Translations under genes and position numbers: made by a program | Part shown: positions 1-10,539 of the stretch, in pieces | Position numbering within the stretch: the stretch's first letter is position 1 | How the letters are laid out: each line of letters starts with the position of its first letter | NCBI GenBank assembly: GCA_963771465.1 | Contig: CAVYTU010000017.1 | Location: 1,088,001-1,152,000, forward strand | Direction: 5' to 3' | DNA length: 64,000 bases | Source: an uncultured delta proteobacterium | GTDB lineage: Bacteria > Desulfobacterota > Binatia > UBA9968 | The notes under the pieces: generated by a model | The model's database searches: none | Seen by the model: the letters and a program-made list of their open reading frames with translations, nothing else | What the model was told of the DNA's origin: nothing

Positions 1-756
1 ATTGAATTGCCCAGCGATCTCTACTTCGTCGTCAGCACCGCCGGAGAAACCGGCAAGCACGACTCTCTCGCTTACGTCTTGGACCACGGCAACGTCGAGG
101 CGGATTGGTGCATCATCGACGGCCCGCCGGAAATTCAACTAGGCAATAAAGGGCGCGTCGATGTTTTAGTGATCGTCAAAGGCAAGCAGGCGCACAGCAG
201 CCGGCCATGGGAAGGCATCAACGCTATCGATGGCGCGATGAAGGTGCTGGAAAGGCTCAAACCCTTGATGCCATTTCCGGAAGAGCGGACGCACCCCGAT
301 CTCGGCGACGTCAGTTTAACCACCAACGCGATCGAAAGTTTTCCCAAAGCGACGCACACGATCCAGAGCGAGTGCCGTATCATGTTCGATCGCCGCTTGT
401 TGCCCGGCGACGATCCAACCAAGGCGATTCAGCAAATGAGAGATGCCATCGGCAAGATCGAGCCGTTCGAAATAGAAGTGCAGCCGCGCGATTTCATGTA
501 TCCAAGCGAAGTTAGCAGAGACGCGGAGGTGGTGCAGGTCTTGGAGCAGGGGATACGGACGATGCTCAATTACGAGCCCAAGTTTAGTTTTTCCACGGCG
601 GCCAACGATACCGGGTTATTTAATCATCGCGGCATTCAGGCGATCAATTACGGCTCGCGCGATATCCGCTTTCAGCACACCGATCATGATCTCGTGGCGT
701 TGAATAATGTTTTCAATGCGGCGAAGGTGTTCGCGTTTCTAGCGATTCATCGCTAG
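1..756 (+). CDS. M20/ArgE-DapE family peptidase/deacylase (5' partial)
   Basis: Frame is open from the window edge. Motifs GEE-like (AGETG), KGKQAHSSRPWEGINAI, DRRLLPG and a C-terminal H (QHTDHD) are typical of M20 dimerisation and catalytic domains. Confidence 0.8.
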   Translation: MELPSDLYFVVSTAGETGKHDSLAYVLDHGNVEADWCIIDGPPEIQLGNKGRVDVLVIVKGKQAHSSRPWEGINAIDGAMKVLERLKPLMPFPEERTHPDLGDVSLTTNAIESFPKATHTIQSECRIMFDRRLLPGDDPTKAIQQMRDAIGKIEPFEIEVQPRDFMYPSEVSRDAEVVQVLEQGIRTMLNYEPKFSFSTAANDTGLFNHRGIQAINYGSRDIRFQHTDHDLVALNNVFNAAKVFAFLAIHR

Positions 757-762
757 AAACGC
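733..762. terminator. Perfect 14-bp inverted repeat spanning the M20 stop codon, between convergent genes
   Basis: GCGTTTCTAGCGAT-TC-ATCGCTAGAAACGC; no U-tract, so terminator function is uncertain. Confidence 0.4.
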
Positions 763-848
763 CGTTCAAATCGTTCCAGCAGTTCAAGTCGTTCAAACCG
801 TTTTGTTCGGACGTTTTGAACGAAGGTTGCATTCAACCGGTTGAACGA
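763..848. repeat. 9-bp tandem/inverted CGTTCAAAC-type intergenic repeat
   Basis: cgttcaaat cgttccagc agttcaagt cgttcaaac ... ttgaacg ... ttgaacg; same family at 29412-29489. Confidence 0.75.
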
Positions 849-1541
849 TTAACTGTTCTCTAGCTTTTTCAGCATCCGCACATAGTAATCCCACAAATTA
901 ATCATCGCATCCGGCCGGTAAATTCGTTTCCGCTTCAGCATCGCATCGGCATCGGTGGCCCAAGAGAACGCGCCCATCGACGCCGCGGCGACTTGGGTCT
1001 TGGCGCTATGTTCGAGCAGGACGCCGCGAATGCAGGCCTCTTCGATGGACGTGCCGGCTACGACGATACCGTGATTGCGCAGCAGCACGATCTTATGCTC
1101 GCCGAGTAGTTTTGCCACGGCCGTGCCTTGCTCGGCGGTGACGATCAAATCGGAGGATTCCTCGAATTTATTGATCGCCGGTGGATAGAAGGCGCAGCTT
1201 AGATTGGTGATCGGCAGGAGCCGGTGCTCGGATGACGCGATGATTGTCGAGTAGGTCGGATGAGTATGAATCACGCATTTGATCGCCGGATTGGTGCGGT
1301 ACACCTCGCTGTGGATCGGAAATTCGTTATGCCGCTTGCGCTTGCCGGCAAGCGTGTTGCCTTCAAAGTCGATGAGCACCATGTCGTCTTCGGTCGCTTC
1401 TTCGAGACCGATGCCCGAACCTTTGATCCAGTATTCGTTGGGTTTATCTGTTAACGCTGATACATGGCCGTAGATCATGTCGTTGTGTCCCTGCATGGCG
1501 AGTATGCGGCATGCCAAGGCAAGCTTTTCCGGTAGGGTCAT
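849..1541 (-). CDS. Class II aldolase/adducin family protein
   Basis: GHVS, EFPIHSEVY, VIHTHP and LLRNHG zinc-binding motifs. Confidence 0.9.
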   Translation of the reverse strand: MTLPEKLALACRILAMQGHNDMIYGHVSALTDKPNEYWIKGSGIGLEEATEDDMVLIDFEGNTLAGKRKRHNEFPIHSEVYRTNPAIKCVIHTHPTYSTIIASSEHRLLPITNLSCAFYPPAINKFEESSDLIVTAEQGTAVAKLLGEHKIVLLRNHGIVVAGTSIEEACIRGVLLEHSAKTQVAAASMGAFSWATDADAMLKRKRIYRPDAMINLWDYYVRMLKKLENS

Positions 1542-2338
1542 CGAATCCCTCCTGCAAGATTAGGCGGCAGCTTTGCGAGCAAATTGGCGCCGTGGGTTAG
1601 CCGCGCGTCGAATGAGATTGTCGTTGGCGAGCTAGTATTAAGAACAGCCGAGTAGGGCGACGGACCATATTCCCGAAGCCAATTGACCAATGGGCTGTCG
1701 GCACTGCGCGGCGACAGAAAGTCCAACACATGCGGACCAGCTTTGAATCGTAAGCCGTCAGCGCCAAGAGTCGGCTCGCTAATCGGCTTGCCCGGTGCTC
1801 CGAGCAGCGCGCCATAACAGTTTTCGATTAGGCCCATCTCGCCGACAGCGACGGTTATACTTTCGATGCCGGTTATACCGTTCTTATGGTTCCACTGTCG
1901 GGGAATGCGCTCGGGTCTCGGCGTTACATCTTCGATGAGAAACGGCGCGACGCCACGATGGCTACCGGTGGCGAGCGCTAGTAGCCACTTAAGCTCATAG
2001 CCGTCTGGCCGTTTCCGCGACCATGGCACGGGGTTATTGATTGTCACGCCGGCGTCGTGAAGTTTTTGGGTGTCGCCGGTGAGATCGTCCGTCTGAAAAC
2101 AAAAGTCGACCAAGCGCTCGCCCTTGGTAAGCGGTTCCCACCAGCGGTGATCGATGGCATCGCGATAGAAGGCGATGATTTCCAAATACGAACCATCTTG
2201 GAACGAGATCAAGGCGTTATGACTGCCCACCGGATGCTGGCCGCCAGGGACTACGGTGAAGCCTAGCTGTTCGTAGTCCTTGGCGACTCGATCAAGGTCT
2301 TTCACGACCACAACTAGATGATCGATCCCTTTTATCAT
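1538..2338 (-). CDS. VOC/glyoxalase-like protein
   Basis: IDHLVVVV...GGQHPVGSHNALI...YLEII; PFLIED. Confidence 0.85.
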   Translation of the reverse strand: MIKGIDHLVVVVKDLDRVAKDYEQLGFTVVPGGQHPVGSHNALISFQDGSYLEIIAFYRDAIDHRWWEPLTKGERLVDFCFQTDDLTGDTQKLHDAGVTINNPVPWSRKRPDGYELKWLLALATGSHRGVAPFLIEDVTPRPERIPRQWNHKNGITGIESITVAVGEMGLIENCYGALLGAPGKPISEPTLGADGLRFKAGPHVLDFLSPRSADSPLVNWLREYGPSPYSAVLNTSSPTTISFDARLTHGANLLAKLPPNLAGGIR

Positions 2339-2367
2339 TGCCTATTAGCTCTTGATTTAATTGCAGT

Positions 2368-3366
2368 TTATTTGAAGGCCGGCACCACTTCCTCAAGAAA
2401 ACGTTTAAGCTGTCCGCCTTGATCCCAAGAGGTCATGCGCAGGGTGATATGCTCAATGCCCGCGGCGAAGTAGGCTTTGAGTTCATCGATACACTGCTGC
2501 GGGCGTCCCGCCGTGGTGAATCCTTCGACGAACTTCATGCTGAAATTCGACGTGTAGTATTTGTCGAGAAACGCCTTGCTCTCATCCAGCGCCGTCTGAC
2601 GGTTCTCATTGATGTTGATGTTGTGGTAGAGCGAGCTGCCGATCTTCGTGGGGTCGCGGCCTTCTTCCTTGGCCATCGCCAAGATACGCGTCCACTGGGA
2701 TTTGAATTCTTCCGGCGTCACTTTGTTGGTCATCCAACCGTCCGCGTATTTCGCCACGCGGCGCAGCCCCTTTTCGACGGCAGGTGAAGGCGCACTGGCG
2801 CCATCTTTCCAGGTGAGGCCGGTGGGATTGCTGGCGATCCAGATCGGCAGCGGGTTTTGCACCGGGCGCGGTTGAATGGTCACGCCCTCGAATTCGTAAA
2901 AGCGCCCTTTGTGCGACGCCTTCTCTTCGTGAAAAAACTTTTTCAGTATGACGATACCTTCTTCAAGGCGGCCAACGCGTTCGGTGTCTTTGATGCCCAT
3001 GACTTTATGTTCGAGCGCTTGCGCCGGGCTCTGTTCATTGGGGCCGCCGAGACAGACAGCGAGCCAAGAGCGGCCGCCGGAGATCACGTCCAAGCTGGCC
3101 CACTGTTGTGCAAGTAATGCCGGATGACGATGCGGAAAGGTCGCCATGCAGCCGACGGCGAGTTTTACTTTCTTGGTAACCACCGCTAGAGCCGACAACA
3201 GTGCGATGGATTCCAAGCGCGGCTTTGCCAGCAAGCTATCGCCGACCCAGACAGCGCTAAACGCACCCGAATCTTCGCCGCGCTTGGCCATGTCGAATAG
3301 GTCGGGAACCGTCACCGCGCCAATGATCACGCCGCGGTTGGCCAAAGTTAGTCCGAAGGAAGCCAT
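2368..3366 (-). CDS. LLM-class flavin-dependent oxidoreductase
   Basis: VWVGDSL, SLDVISGGR, PRPVQNPLPIW, YADGW; likely start MASFGL at 3366. Confidence 0.9.
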   Translation of the reverse strand: MASFGLTLANRGVIIGAVTVPDLFDMAKRGEDSGAFSAVWVGDSLLAKPRLESIALLSALAVVTKKVKLAVGCMATFPHRHPALLAQQWASLDVISGGRSWLAVCLGGPNEQSPAQALEHKVMGIKDTERVGRLEEGIVILKKFFHEEKASHKGRFYEFEGVTIQPRPVQNPLPIWIASNPTGLTWKDGASAPSPAVEKGLRRVAKYADGWMTNKVTPEEFKSQWTRILAMAKEEGRDPTKIGSSLYHNININENRQTALDESKAFLDKYYTSNFSMKFVEGFTTAGRPQQCIDELKAYFAAGIEHITLRMTSWDQGGQLKRFLEEVVPAFK

Positions 3367-3547
3367 AGAAAAACCTCTCACTCGTGCAAGATTATCATTG
3401 CGCTTATAACACATGGTATTGCACTGGCGAAAGAAGAGGAACGATGCCTGCACCGTGAAGCTGACGAAGGAATTTCTTGGCTAACTTTTGCGTTCTTGGC
3501 GGTTAAATGATCTTCTCCGGAATATGGTTGCGGCAAGGAGATAAAAC

Positions 3548-5129
3548 ATGAAAGCGAGCTTTCGCGACTACATTAACACGCTGCGTAGAAACGACGAGTT
3601 GTTGGAAATTACCAAGCCGGTGGATCTACGCGATGTCGCCGCTTTGGTCGCGCAGTCGGAGAAGGCGCTGCTGTTTAAGAATTTACCGGGCTATTCCATG
3701 CCGGTGGTCTCCGGCCTGCTGCAATCGCGCAGCCGCATCGCTCTGGGCATGGGCGTCGCTTATGAAAATATCGGCGACAAGCTCGGCAAGGCGATGGACA
3801 AACCGATCCAGCCGAAGCGCGTCGCCAACGCGCCGGTGAAGGAAGTTGTTCACACCGGCAAGAAAGTAAATCTCTTCGACCTGCCGGTGCCGGTGTTCTC
3901 GATCATGGACGGCGGGCCGATGATCACGGCCGGCGTGGTCATCGCCGAGGACCCGGAGTTTGGCATCAACGCGGGCATTTACCGCCTCATGCTCAAAGAG
4001 AGAAATATCACCGGCATCGACATCGTCACGCCCAACAACATGCGCAAGTTCGCCGAGCGCGCCTTGGCGAAAAAGAAAGCACTGCCGATATCGATCTCCA
4101 TCGGCACCCATCCGTACGAACTCGTCGCATCGACGTTCAAAGCCAACCTCGGCGTCAACGAGCTGACATTCGCCGGCGGCTTGCGCAATGAGCCGCTGCG
4201 TCTTGCCGACGGCGAGACCGTGCCGGTGCCGTGCATCGCCGACGCTGAGATTGTTTTAGAAGGGGAGATTCTTCCCGAAGGTTGGGTGCACACCGAAGGA
4301 CCGTTCTCGGAATTCAACCGGCTCATGGGCGGCATGCACATGAACCCGCGGGTGCGCATCAAATCGATCATGCACCGCAAAGACGCGATGTACTACGCGC
4401 TGCAGATGCCCTGGGAAAATATCTGGATGTCGGCGCCGATCTACGAAGCCGCAGCGCGCCGTGTGCTGTTCGAAGCCGGCGTGCAAACCAAAGCGATCAA
4501 CGTCACCCCCGGCGGCTGCTGCCATTGGCACATTATCGCGTCGATCAAGAAAGTCCCCGGCGACGGCAAGAACGCGATCATGGCGCTCTTGTCGATCGCC
4601 GACATCAAGCATGTAACGATCGTTGATGACGATATCGACGTCTTCGATCCCGTCGACGTCGAATGGGCGGTCGCGACCAGAGTGCAAGCCGACCGCGATG
4701 TCGTCGATTGTCTCCAACGCGCGCTCGAAACCGTTGGACCCGTCGCTGCCATTGCCGCAGCACGGAAAGATTCCTACTACGGCAAAAATGGGTATCGACG
4801 CGACGATTCCAGAAAATATTCCAGCAGAGCGTTACACACGGATCATTTATTTCAATCAAGACAAGGTCAAGTTGAGCGACTATGTCGGCCTGGCTGACAC
4901 GATGGTAAAACCGAAGGCGGAAGCCAAGACAACAGAAACTGTAGATTCACTTGTTGAAAAGATCGTCGCAGCACTCGGCAAGTCACATTGTTTCTTCGCT
5001 GACCTTTTAGAAAAGTTTCCCAAGGCGGATTACAAGACTGTCGCGAACGCAGTGGCGCGCCTATATGAGAACGGGAAGATTAGTCAGGACAAGGAGGGGA
5101 AGTTCGAACTAAAAGTATTGCAAAACTAG
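3548..5129 (+). pseudogene. UbiD-family (de)carboxylase interrupted by a +1 frameshift at ~4706 (real or assembly error)
   Basis: EGPFSEF, VDDDIDVFD..VEWAVATRVQADRDVV; homology continues in the next frame as IVSNARSKPLDPS...KMGIDAT. Removing G4706 gives one continuous ORF. Confidence 0.85.
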
Positions 5130-5191
5130 CACGTAACCTAGTGTTCTCATCACGGGTAACCCTAGTGTTGTGATTTCAATTTGCAGCGGTT

Positions 5192-5602
5192 TCAGAACGC
5201 GCTCGGCTGCAGGAAAATGTCTCCGCTCTGACCACTCGCAATTCGCAGGATTCGCTGACGCTCCGGCATGATCACAACTACCGCTTCCGGAGTGCCGCCG
5301 CCGCAAATGCCGTTGGAACTAGCAACGACGTTATGTTCCCCCAGTGATACGAATAGTTCGACCATCTCTCCCGCCGCGAGATCTGCGACCGGTGCGGCAT
5401 CTAGAAAAACTCGAATCGTACAGGCCGACCCCATGAAACCACTGTCACGCTTTACGATGAGGCTGCCCGAACTCGATGTCCGAGTTAACCACTGCGGTGC
5501 CAATACACGAGAAGCGGGCACGATGGAGGCCTGTTTGATTGTCAGCGGCGTCGTGGCACAGGCCGTAATAGATAACATGAGAAGCATAGCTAATAAGTAC
5601 AT
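5192..5602 (-). CDS. Small putative lipoprotein
   Basis: GGAGG RBS, then MYLLAMLLMLSITAC with a lipobox-like Cys; KRDSGFMGSAC motif. Confidence 0.6.
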   Translation of the reverse strand: MYLLAMLLMLSITACATTPLTIKQASIVPASRVLAPQWLTRTSSSGSLIVKRDSGFMGSACTIRVFLDAAPVADLAAGEMVELFVSLGEHNVVASSNGICGGGTPEAVVVIMPERQRILRIASGQSGDIFLQPSAF

Positions 5603-5797
5603 AAGGCCTCCGAGCAAAATTTGACGATAGTATAATGTGGATGTAGCTTTCATTCCAGACTTGAAAATGTGCAAATTGGACAGAGTGAGGATGGGAAAAT
5701 TTCGGCCAGAATCTGCTGCGAAACGATTACGTACCCGGTTACTCGTGATACGGGGGTGCGACTCGTCGAACGGGTGCATTGAAGCGTGAAACAGTCG

Positions 5798-6901
5798 CTA
5801 CACATTGAACTTGAATAACATCACGTCGCCGTCGGCGACGACGTAGTCTTTTCCTTCCATCCGATACAAGCCTTTGGTGCGCGCGGCGGCGACTGAACCG
5901 CACTGCACCAAATCATCGTAAGAAACCGTTTCCGCCTTGATGAAGCCGCGTTCGAAGTCGGAGTGGATGACGCCGGCGGCCTTGGGCGCCGTGTCGCCGG
6001 CGTGAATCGTCCACGCACGCACTTCTTTTTCCCCGGCGGTGAGAAACGTGCGTAAGCCAAGCAGATGATAGGTGGCGCGGATGAGCGCGCCGATGCCGCT
6101 CTCTTGGACGCCCAACTCTTTGAGGAACAGCTCGGCTTCGGCCGGTTCGAGATCGACCAGATCGCTCTCGATCTGCGCGCTGATAACGACCGCTTCGCAG
6201 GCGAGATGGGTTTTTACGTAATCGCGCACTTTTTGGACGTAAGGATTCTGGTCCGCGTTGGCAAGATCGGATTCCTTGACGTTGCAGGCAAAGATCGTGC
6301 GCTTGTCGCTGAGCAGGAACAATGGATTCGAGAGCGCGCGTTCCTCCGGTGTGAGGTTGACGTTGAGGGCGGGCTTGCCTTGGTCGAGGTCAGCCTCGAT
6401 CTTTTCCAGCACCGCATCTTCCGCGGCGGCGGCTTTGTCGCCGCGCTTGAGGTCTTTGGCGATACGCTCACGGCGTTTTTTTACCGATTCGAGATCGGCG
6501 AGCATGAGCTCGGTGTTGATGACCTCGATGTCGCGCACCGGATCGATGTTGCCTGAAACATGATGAACGTCTGGATCTTCGAAGCAGCGGACGACCTGGA
6601 CGATGGCGTCCACTTCGCGAATATGGGTGAGAAATTTATTTCCCAGTCCCTCGCCTTGGCTGGCTCCTTTGACCAGACCGGCGATGTCGACGAATTCGAT
6701 CACCGCCGGAATGACGACGTTGGTTTTGACCATCTGTTGCAAAACATAGAGCCGCGCATCCGGGACCGTGACCATGCCGAGGTTGGGATCGATGGTGCAA
6801 AACGGATAATTGGCCGCTTCGGCTTTGCGCGTGCGTGTGATCGCATTAAACAAAGTCGACTTGCCGACGTTGGGCAGACCGACGATTCCAGCTCTCAGCA
6901 T
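5798..6901 (-). CDS. ychF: Redox-regulated ATPase YchF (Obg family)
   Basis: [55 protein letters not shown]. Confidence 0.97.
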   Translation of the reverse strand: MLRAGIVGLPNVGKSTLFNAITRTRKAEAANYPFCTIDPNLGMVTVPDARLYVLQQMVKTNVVIPAVIEFVDIAGLVKGASQGEGLGNKFLTHIREVDAIVQVVRCFEDPDVHHVSGNIDPVRDIEVINTELMLADLESVKKRRERIAKDLKRGDKAAAAEDAVLEKIEADLDQGKPALNVNLTPEERALSNPLFLLSDKRTIFACNVKESDLANADQNPYVQKVRDYVKTHLACEAVVISAQIESDLVDLEPAEAELFLKELGVQESGIGALIRATYHLLGLRTFLTAGEKEVRAWTIHAGDTAPKAAGVIHSDFERGFIKAETVSYDDLVQCGSVAAARTKGLYRMEGKDYVVADGDVMLFKFNV

Positions 6902-7409
6902 GATGGTATGATCCTCTTGGCAATGAATTAGCGAAGTCGAGTGCAGCGATCGTGGCAGACACCGACAGTGTCTTGCTAAACGTTGGGAGCATGGACTCGA
7001 AACGTTATCGACAGTTCTAGCAAGTTATCGACTAATCTTAAAGCGGCGCCGCGGCGGCGCAATCGGCGAAGTGTGCACCTAGTCTAGCACGATGGGCTTG
7101 AAGAATTGCGGGATGATGACGCTAATCTTATCATCGACAAATTTTATCACCTTGGCAAATCGCTGTACTCGGCGCGGCGAACAGCGAATGGCTTGACCAA
7201 AGCGGCACAGGCGAGACAAAAAGAATCGATAGCAGCCGTTTAATATTCTTTTTCCTTTGTTGAAAGCCAGCATTAAGGCTAATAGCCGATAGCGCGCCAA
7301 TCCTGAGGCCCGACGAGAGCCGGCATCCAGACAGTCCTGCTTAAAGCTCTCACTTTTGCAGGAACTTCTCGCCTGTATTACTTTGTTCTTCGAAAGCTAT
7401 GAACCGGTG

Positions 7410-7742
7410 TCATTCTATTCCTAGAATTGGCATTTTAGTTGCCTTAAGCCTCACTCTACTGCCGGCTCTCGCGAACACGTGAGCGCCAATCGTTGCGCTT
7501 GCGGTGACTCCATCGTCGAGCCGAACATGAATTAGAGATCTGACCCGTGGACTTTCGCCGTCTGCCTTAGTTTCGAAGGACACTATAGTCCCCGATATCT
7601 CTCGACTCTCTCCCGGGACATACAGCGCGTAATAACCCAGAGCTAAGATGATCAGAAAAACAGTGCTAGCCAGGATTCCACACGTCATCGCCCAGCGTCG
7701 TGACCTTTGATACTTGTCGAGTCGTTCTCGGGACGTGTTCAT
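7410..7742 (-). CDS. Hypothetical single-pass membrane protein
   Basis: 110-aa ORF with one hydrophobic segment and a beta-rich C-terminus. Confidence 0.5.
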   Translation of the reverse strand: MNTSRERLDKYQRSRRWAMTCGILASTVFLIILALGYYALYVPGESREISGTIVSFETKADGESPRVRSLIHVRLDDGVTASATIGAHVFARAGSRVRLKATKMPILGIE

Positions 7743-7770
7743 GGATCGCTTGCGGATCGTTAGTCACAGA

Positions 7771-8478
7771 TCAGTTCACTGCCGGCCGGGGATAACTCCG
7801 TACGCTATGCGTCAGCCCCATCCGCACCATCATCTCGGCGGTCTGAATGCTGGTCTTGAGCGCGTCCATCACCGGCACGCCGAGCTCTTTTGCCATTTCC
7901 TGGGGCGAATATTGCACCGGTACCATGGTCACGCCCATGGGCACGATGATTTCAGCGTCGTATTTGTCGATCAGCTCGCGCGCGACTTCGATGAAGCGGC
8001 CGCGCATCGCTTCGCGATTCTTCGTGCTTTCCGGCAGCGGGATGCCGATACCACGCATGCCGACGACGCTGTCGGCAACGCGCCACGCGTGCATCTGCTT
8101 GCGCATGAATGGAATGCTCTTGTCTTCATAGGCGACCACGCCCAGGCGATGAGTTAATTGCGCACCCAGATGAAGCACCGCCTGTCCCGCGCCGACCATT
8201 GGAATGCGCACAAGATTGCGAGCTAGTTCGACGCCGGCATCCAGAGTGCCGAATGGCACAACCGCGTCATAGCCCTCGGCTTCCGCTTTCACGGCGATCT
8301 CGGCGACTAACGGCCCGGCGGAAAGGGAGTTGACCTGGGAGTTGGAATGACGAAAGAACGTCGCCTTGATTACATCAAAACCGATTTCAGTCCCCGGCGA
8401 AGCGCAGCGCAAGACTGCCTGGCGGCGCCGTTCGCCTTCTTCAGGTGGATACTCGCCCATGACAACCATGATTTTCAT
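7771..8478 (-). CDS. Asp/Glu/hydantoin racemase family protein
   Basis: AEAEGYDAVV...DAGVELARNLV.IPMVG; AEIIVPMG; GVPVMD. The usual catalytic Cys residues are not evident. Confidence 0.75.
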   Translation of the reverse strand: MKIMVVMGEYPPEEGERRRQAVLRCASPGTEIGFDVIKATFFRHSNSQVNSLSAGPLVAEIAVKAEAEGYDAVVPFGTLDAGVELARNLVRIPMVGAGQAVLHLGAQLTHRLGVVAYEDKSIPFMRKQMHAWRVADSVVGMRGIGIPLPESTKNREAMRGRFIEVARELIDKYDAEIIVPMGVTMVPVQYSPQEMAKELGVPVMDALKTSIQTAEMMVRMGLTHSVRSYPRPAVN

Positions 8479-8647
8479 TGTTAAACCCCCGCTCCTGAAA
8501 GCTCTTCGATATATCGCCTATCCATAAAACGACTGTCAATCACCATCGATTAACGATCGCGCAAGATCGAGCATGTTGTAACACATAAGCCTTGTGCCTG
8601 CCGCGTGGCGCTTGACACATCTGGCGCCGGCCATTAATGCTTTTAGC

Positions 8648-9085
8648 ATGCTGGTCACCAATGGGGCACTCGGTCACATCGTGCTCAACGTCGCCAATCT
8701 CAAGAAGTCCGAGCGATTTTACACTTCGGTGCTTGGTTTGAAAGTCTCGGCGCGCAACTTGCACACGAAGATGACATTTTTGAGCTATGGCCGCGAACAT
8801 CACGATATCGCGCTCCAAGCGCTGCCGAAGGGCGCCAAGCATGTCAGCGGCGTGGGCTTAGCCAAGCTGCATCATTTTTGTATCTACGTCGACCGCAACG
8901 AACTCATCGATGGGCTCTATCCGATTTTAAAGCGGCGAAAAATTCCCATCGTCAGCGGTCCGGAGACGCTGGTGGTCGCGGGCAACCGGTCGATCAGCTT
9001 TCTCGATCCTGATGGCAATCGGGTCGAGATCGCCTGCAACGCCAACAAATTCAAATTCGATAGCCGAAAAAGGGCTATGCGTTAG
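8648..9085 (+). CDS. VOC family protein (catechol dioxygenase-like single domain)
   Basis: LGHIVLNV..L..SERFY, EHHDIAL, LHHF, SFLDPDGNRVEI. Confidence 0.85.
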   Translation: MLVTNGALGHIVLNVANLKKSERFYTSVLGLKVSARNLHTKMTFLSYGREHHDIALQALPKGAKHVSGVGLAKLHHFCIYVDRNELIDGLYPILKRRKIPIVSGPETLVVAGNRSISFLDPDGNRVEIACNANKFKFDSRKRAMR

Positions 9086-9114
9086 ATTTCGGACAAACCC
9101 AGGAGAAGTGCATC

Positions 9115-9891
9115 ATGTCAATCGAAGCGGTGCTGAGCGGAAAGACTTTGCCGACCAAGGAATTATGCCAAGTCTTGATGGACGAGGTGAAGCATCGCCA
9201 CGCGCGGCTTTATCATCCATTCTATCTCGATCTCTACGAAGGCAAGCTGCCCATCGAAGCCGTGCGCGTTTGGGCGAAGGAGGCCTGGGGTATCTTTGCG
9301 TACAACGTCGCGATCAATACCGCCAAGTTGGTGCGCTGCCAGCTTTCCGGCATTCACGATCCGGAGATTCATAAAAAATTCGTCGATGTCATCCATTCTG
9401 AAGTCGGTTACACCTACTTCGAAGATTCTCCGCGCGCAGTCTTGGGCCATCGGGCGCTCTTTCTCCGTTATGGCGAGGCCATCGGTATTCCAGCAGGCGA
9501 ATTAGAACGGCGCGAAACGGAAGAGGACTTCTTGCCGACGACGGTGCTCGCGCGTGTCGGTTGGCTCGATATCGCGCTACGCAGCAACCATATTCTCGAA
9601 CAGGTCGCATCGACGAATTGCTGCAACGAGTTCTCGAATCAATTGACCGGCGGCAAATTCTTCAAAACATTTCGCGATCACTATGGTCTGAAGCCGCACG
9701 ATATCGAATTCTTCGCCGAGCATGGCGAAGCGGACACCGAGCACAGCAATATCGGTTACGAACTGGTCGAGCAATTCGCCACCACCAACGAACTGCAAGT
9801 CCGAGTGGTCAAGGCGCTGCGCAAAGGTTTGTCGATCTGGTGGGCGCTCACTGACGGCGTGGCGCGGGAATGCGCGAAGCTCAAGAGGTAG
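9115..9891 (+). CDS. Heme-oxygenase-like dimetal oxidase (CADD/PqqC/TenA fold)
   Basis: HPFY, SEVG..GH, NEFSNQ and FFAEHGEADTEH match the E/H/E/H/D/H ligand pattern of CADD-like proteins. Confidence 0.75.
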   Translation: MSIEAVLSGKTLPTKELCQVLMDEVKHRHARLYHPFYLDLYEGKLPIEAVRVWAKEAWGIFAYNVAINTAKLVRCQLSGIHDPEIHKKFVDVIHSEVGYTYFEDSPRAVLGHRALFLRYGEAIGIPAGELERRETEEDFLPTTVLARVGWLDIALRSNHILEQVASTNCCNEFSNQLTGGKFFKTFRDHYGLKPHDIEFFAEHGEADTEHSNIGYELVEQFATTNELQVRVVKALRKGLSIWWALTDGVARECAKLKR

Positions 9892-9957
9892 GATAGTTAA
9901 CCGCCAAGGGCGCAAAGAAGATCGATTCAATCTGGAGCGCCCCATTGAGGATCAGTA

Positions 9958-10515
9958 ATGGAGTTGCTTTCGACGTTTCATCTGAAGAAGTGGGTTAAAG
10001 ACAACGCGCAGTTGTTCAATCCACCGTTCCGGACCAATCAGTTGCTGGTTCATCACAAAGATTTTCTCGTCATGATCCTGCGTGGGCCGAACACTCGGTT
10101 GGACTTTCATATTCAACCCGGCGACGAGTTTTTCTATCAAGTGCAAGGCGAGATGGAGCTGGTGGTCAAGCCGCAAGGCGAACGGCGCCAAAGCGTGACG
10201 ATCAAAGAAGGGGAAATCTTCGTCTTGCCCGGTGGTACACCGCACTCGCCGCGGCGCTTTGAAAACACCTGGGGGTTGGTGATCGAACGCAAACGACGAC
10301 AAGAAGAGAAAGAAGAGTTCGCCTGGTACTGCGAAGAGTGCGACGAATTGGTGCTTTCGCGCATCGTCAATCAAGGTGATATCCCGTCGCAGGTGTCGGC
10401 GGTCTACGGTGAATTTAACGCCGACCCAAAAATTCGCACGTGCAAGTCTTGCGGTTATGTCTTTCCCGAAACGCCGATGGCGGAGCGGTTGAGCTTTCTC
10501 GAGCCGAAGCAGTAG
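9958..10515 (+). CDS. nbaC: 3-hydroxyanthranilate 3,4-dioxygenase
   Basis: GPNTRLDFH, EFFYQ, PHSP, GLVIERKR and rubredoxin-like CEEC...CKSC. Confidence 0.88.
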   Translation: MELLSTFHLKKWVKDNAQLFNPPFRTNQLLVHHKDFLVMILRGPNTRLDFHIQPGDEFFYQVQGEMELVVKPQGERRQSVTIKEGEIFVLPGGTPHSPRRFENTWGLVIERKRRQEEKEEFAWYCEECDELVLSRIVNQGDIPSQVSAVYGEFNADPKIRTCKSCGYVFPETPMAERLSFLEPKQ

Positions 10516-10539
10516 ACTTCAGGAGAGCCAGGAGGAGCG

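Noticed and set aside
5133-5172. Short direct repeat GTAACC(C)TAGTGTT
   Set aside because: Only two imperfect copies with no associated element; insufficient to call a target-site duplication.
6990-7242. Plus-strand frame with internal TAG stops (possible pyrrolysine read-through)
   Set aside because: TAA stops and a frame change are also present, with no recognisable family and no pyl genes; more likely a decayed small gene or chance.
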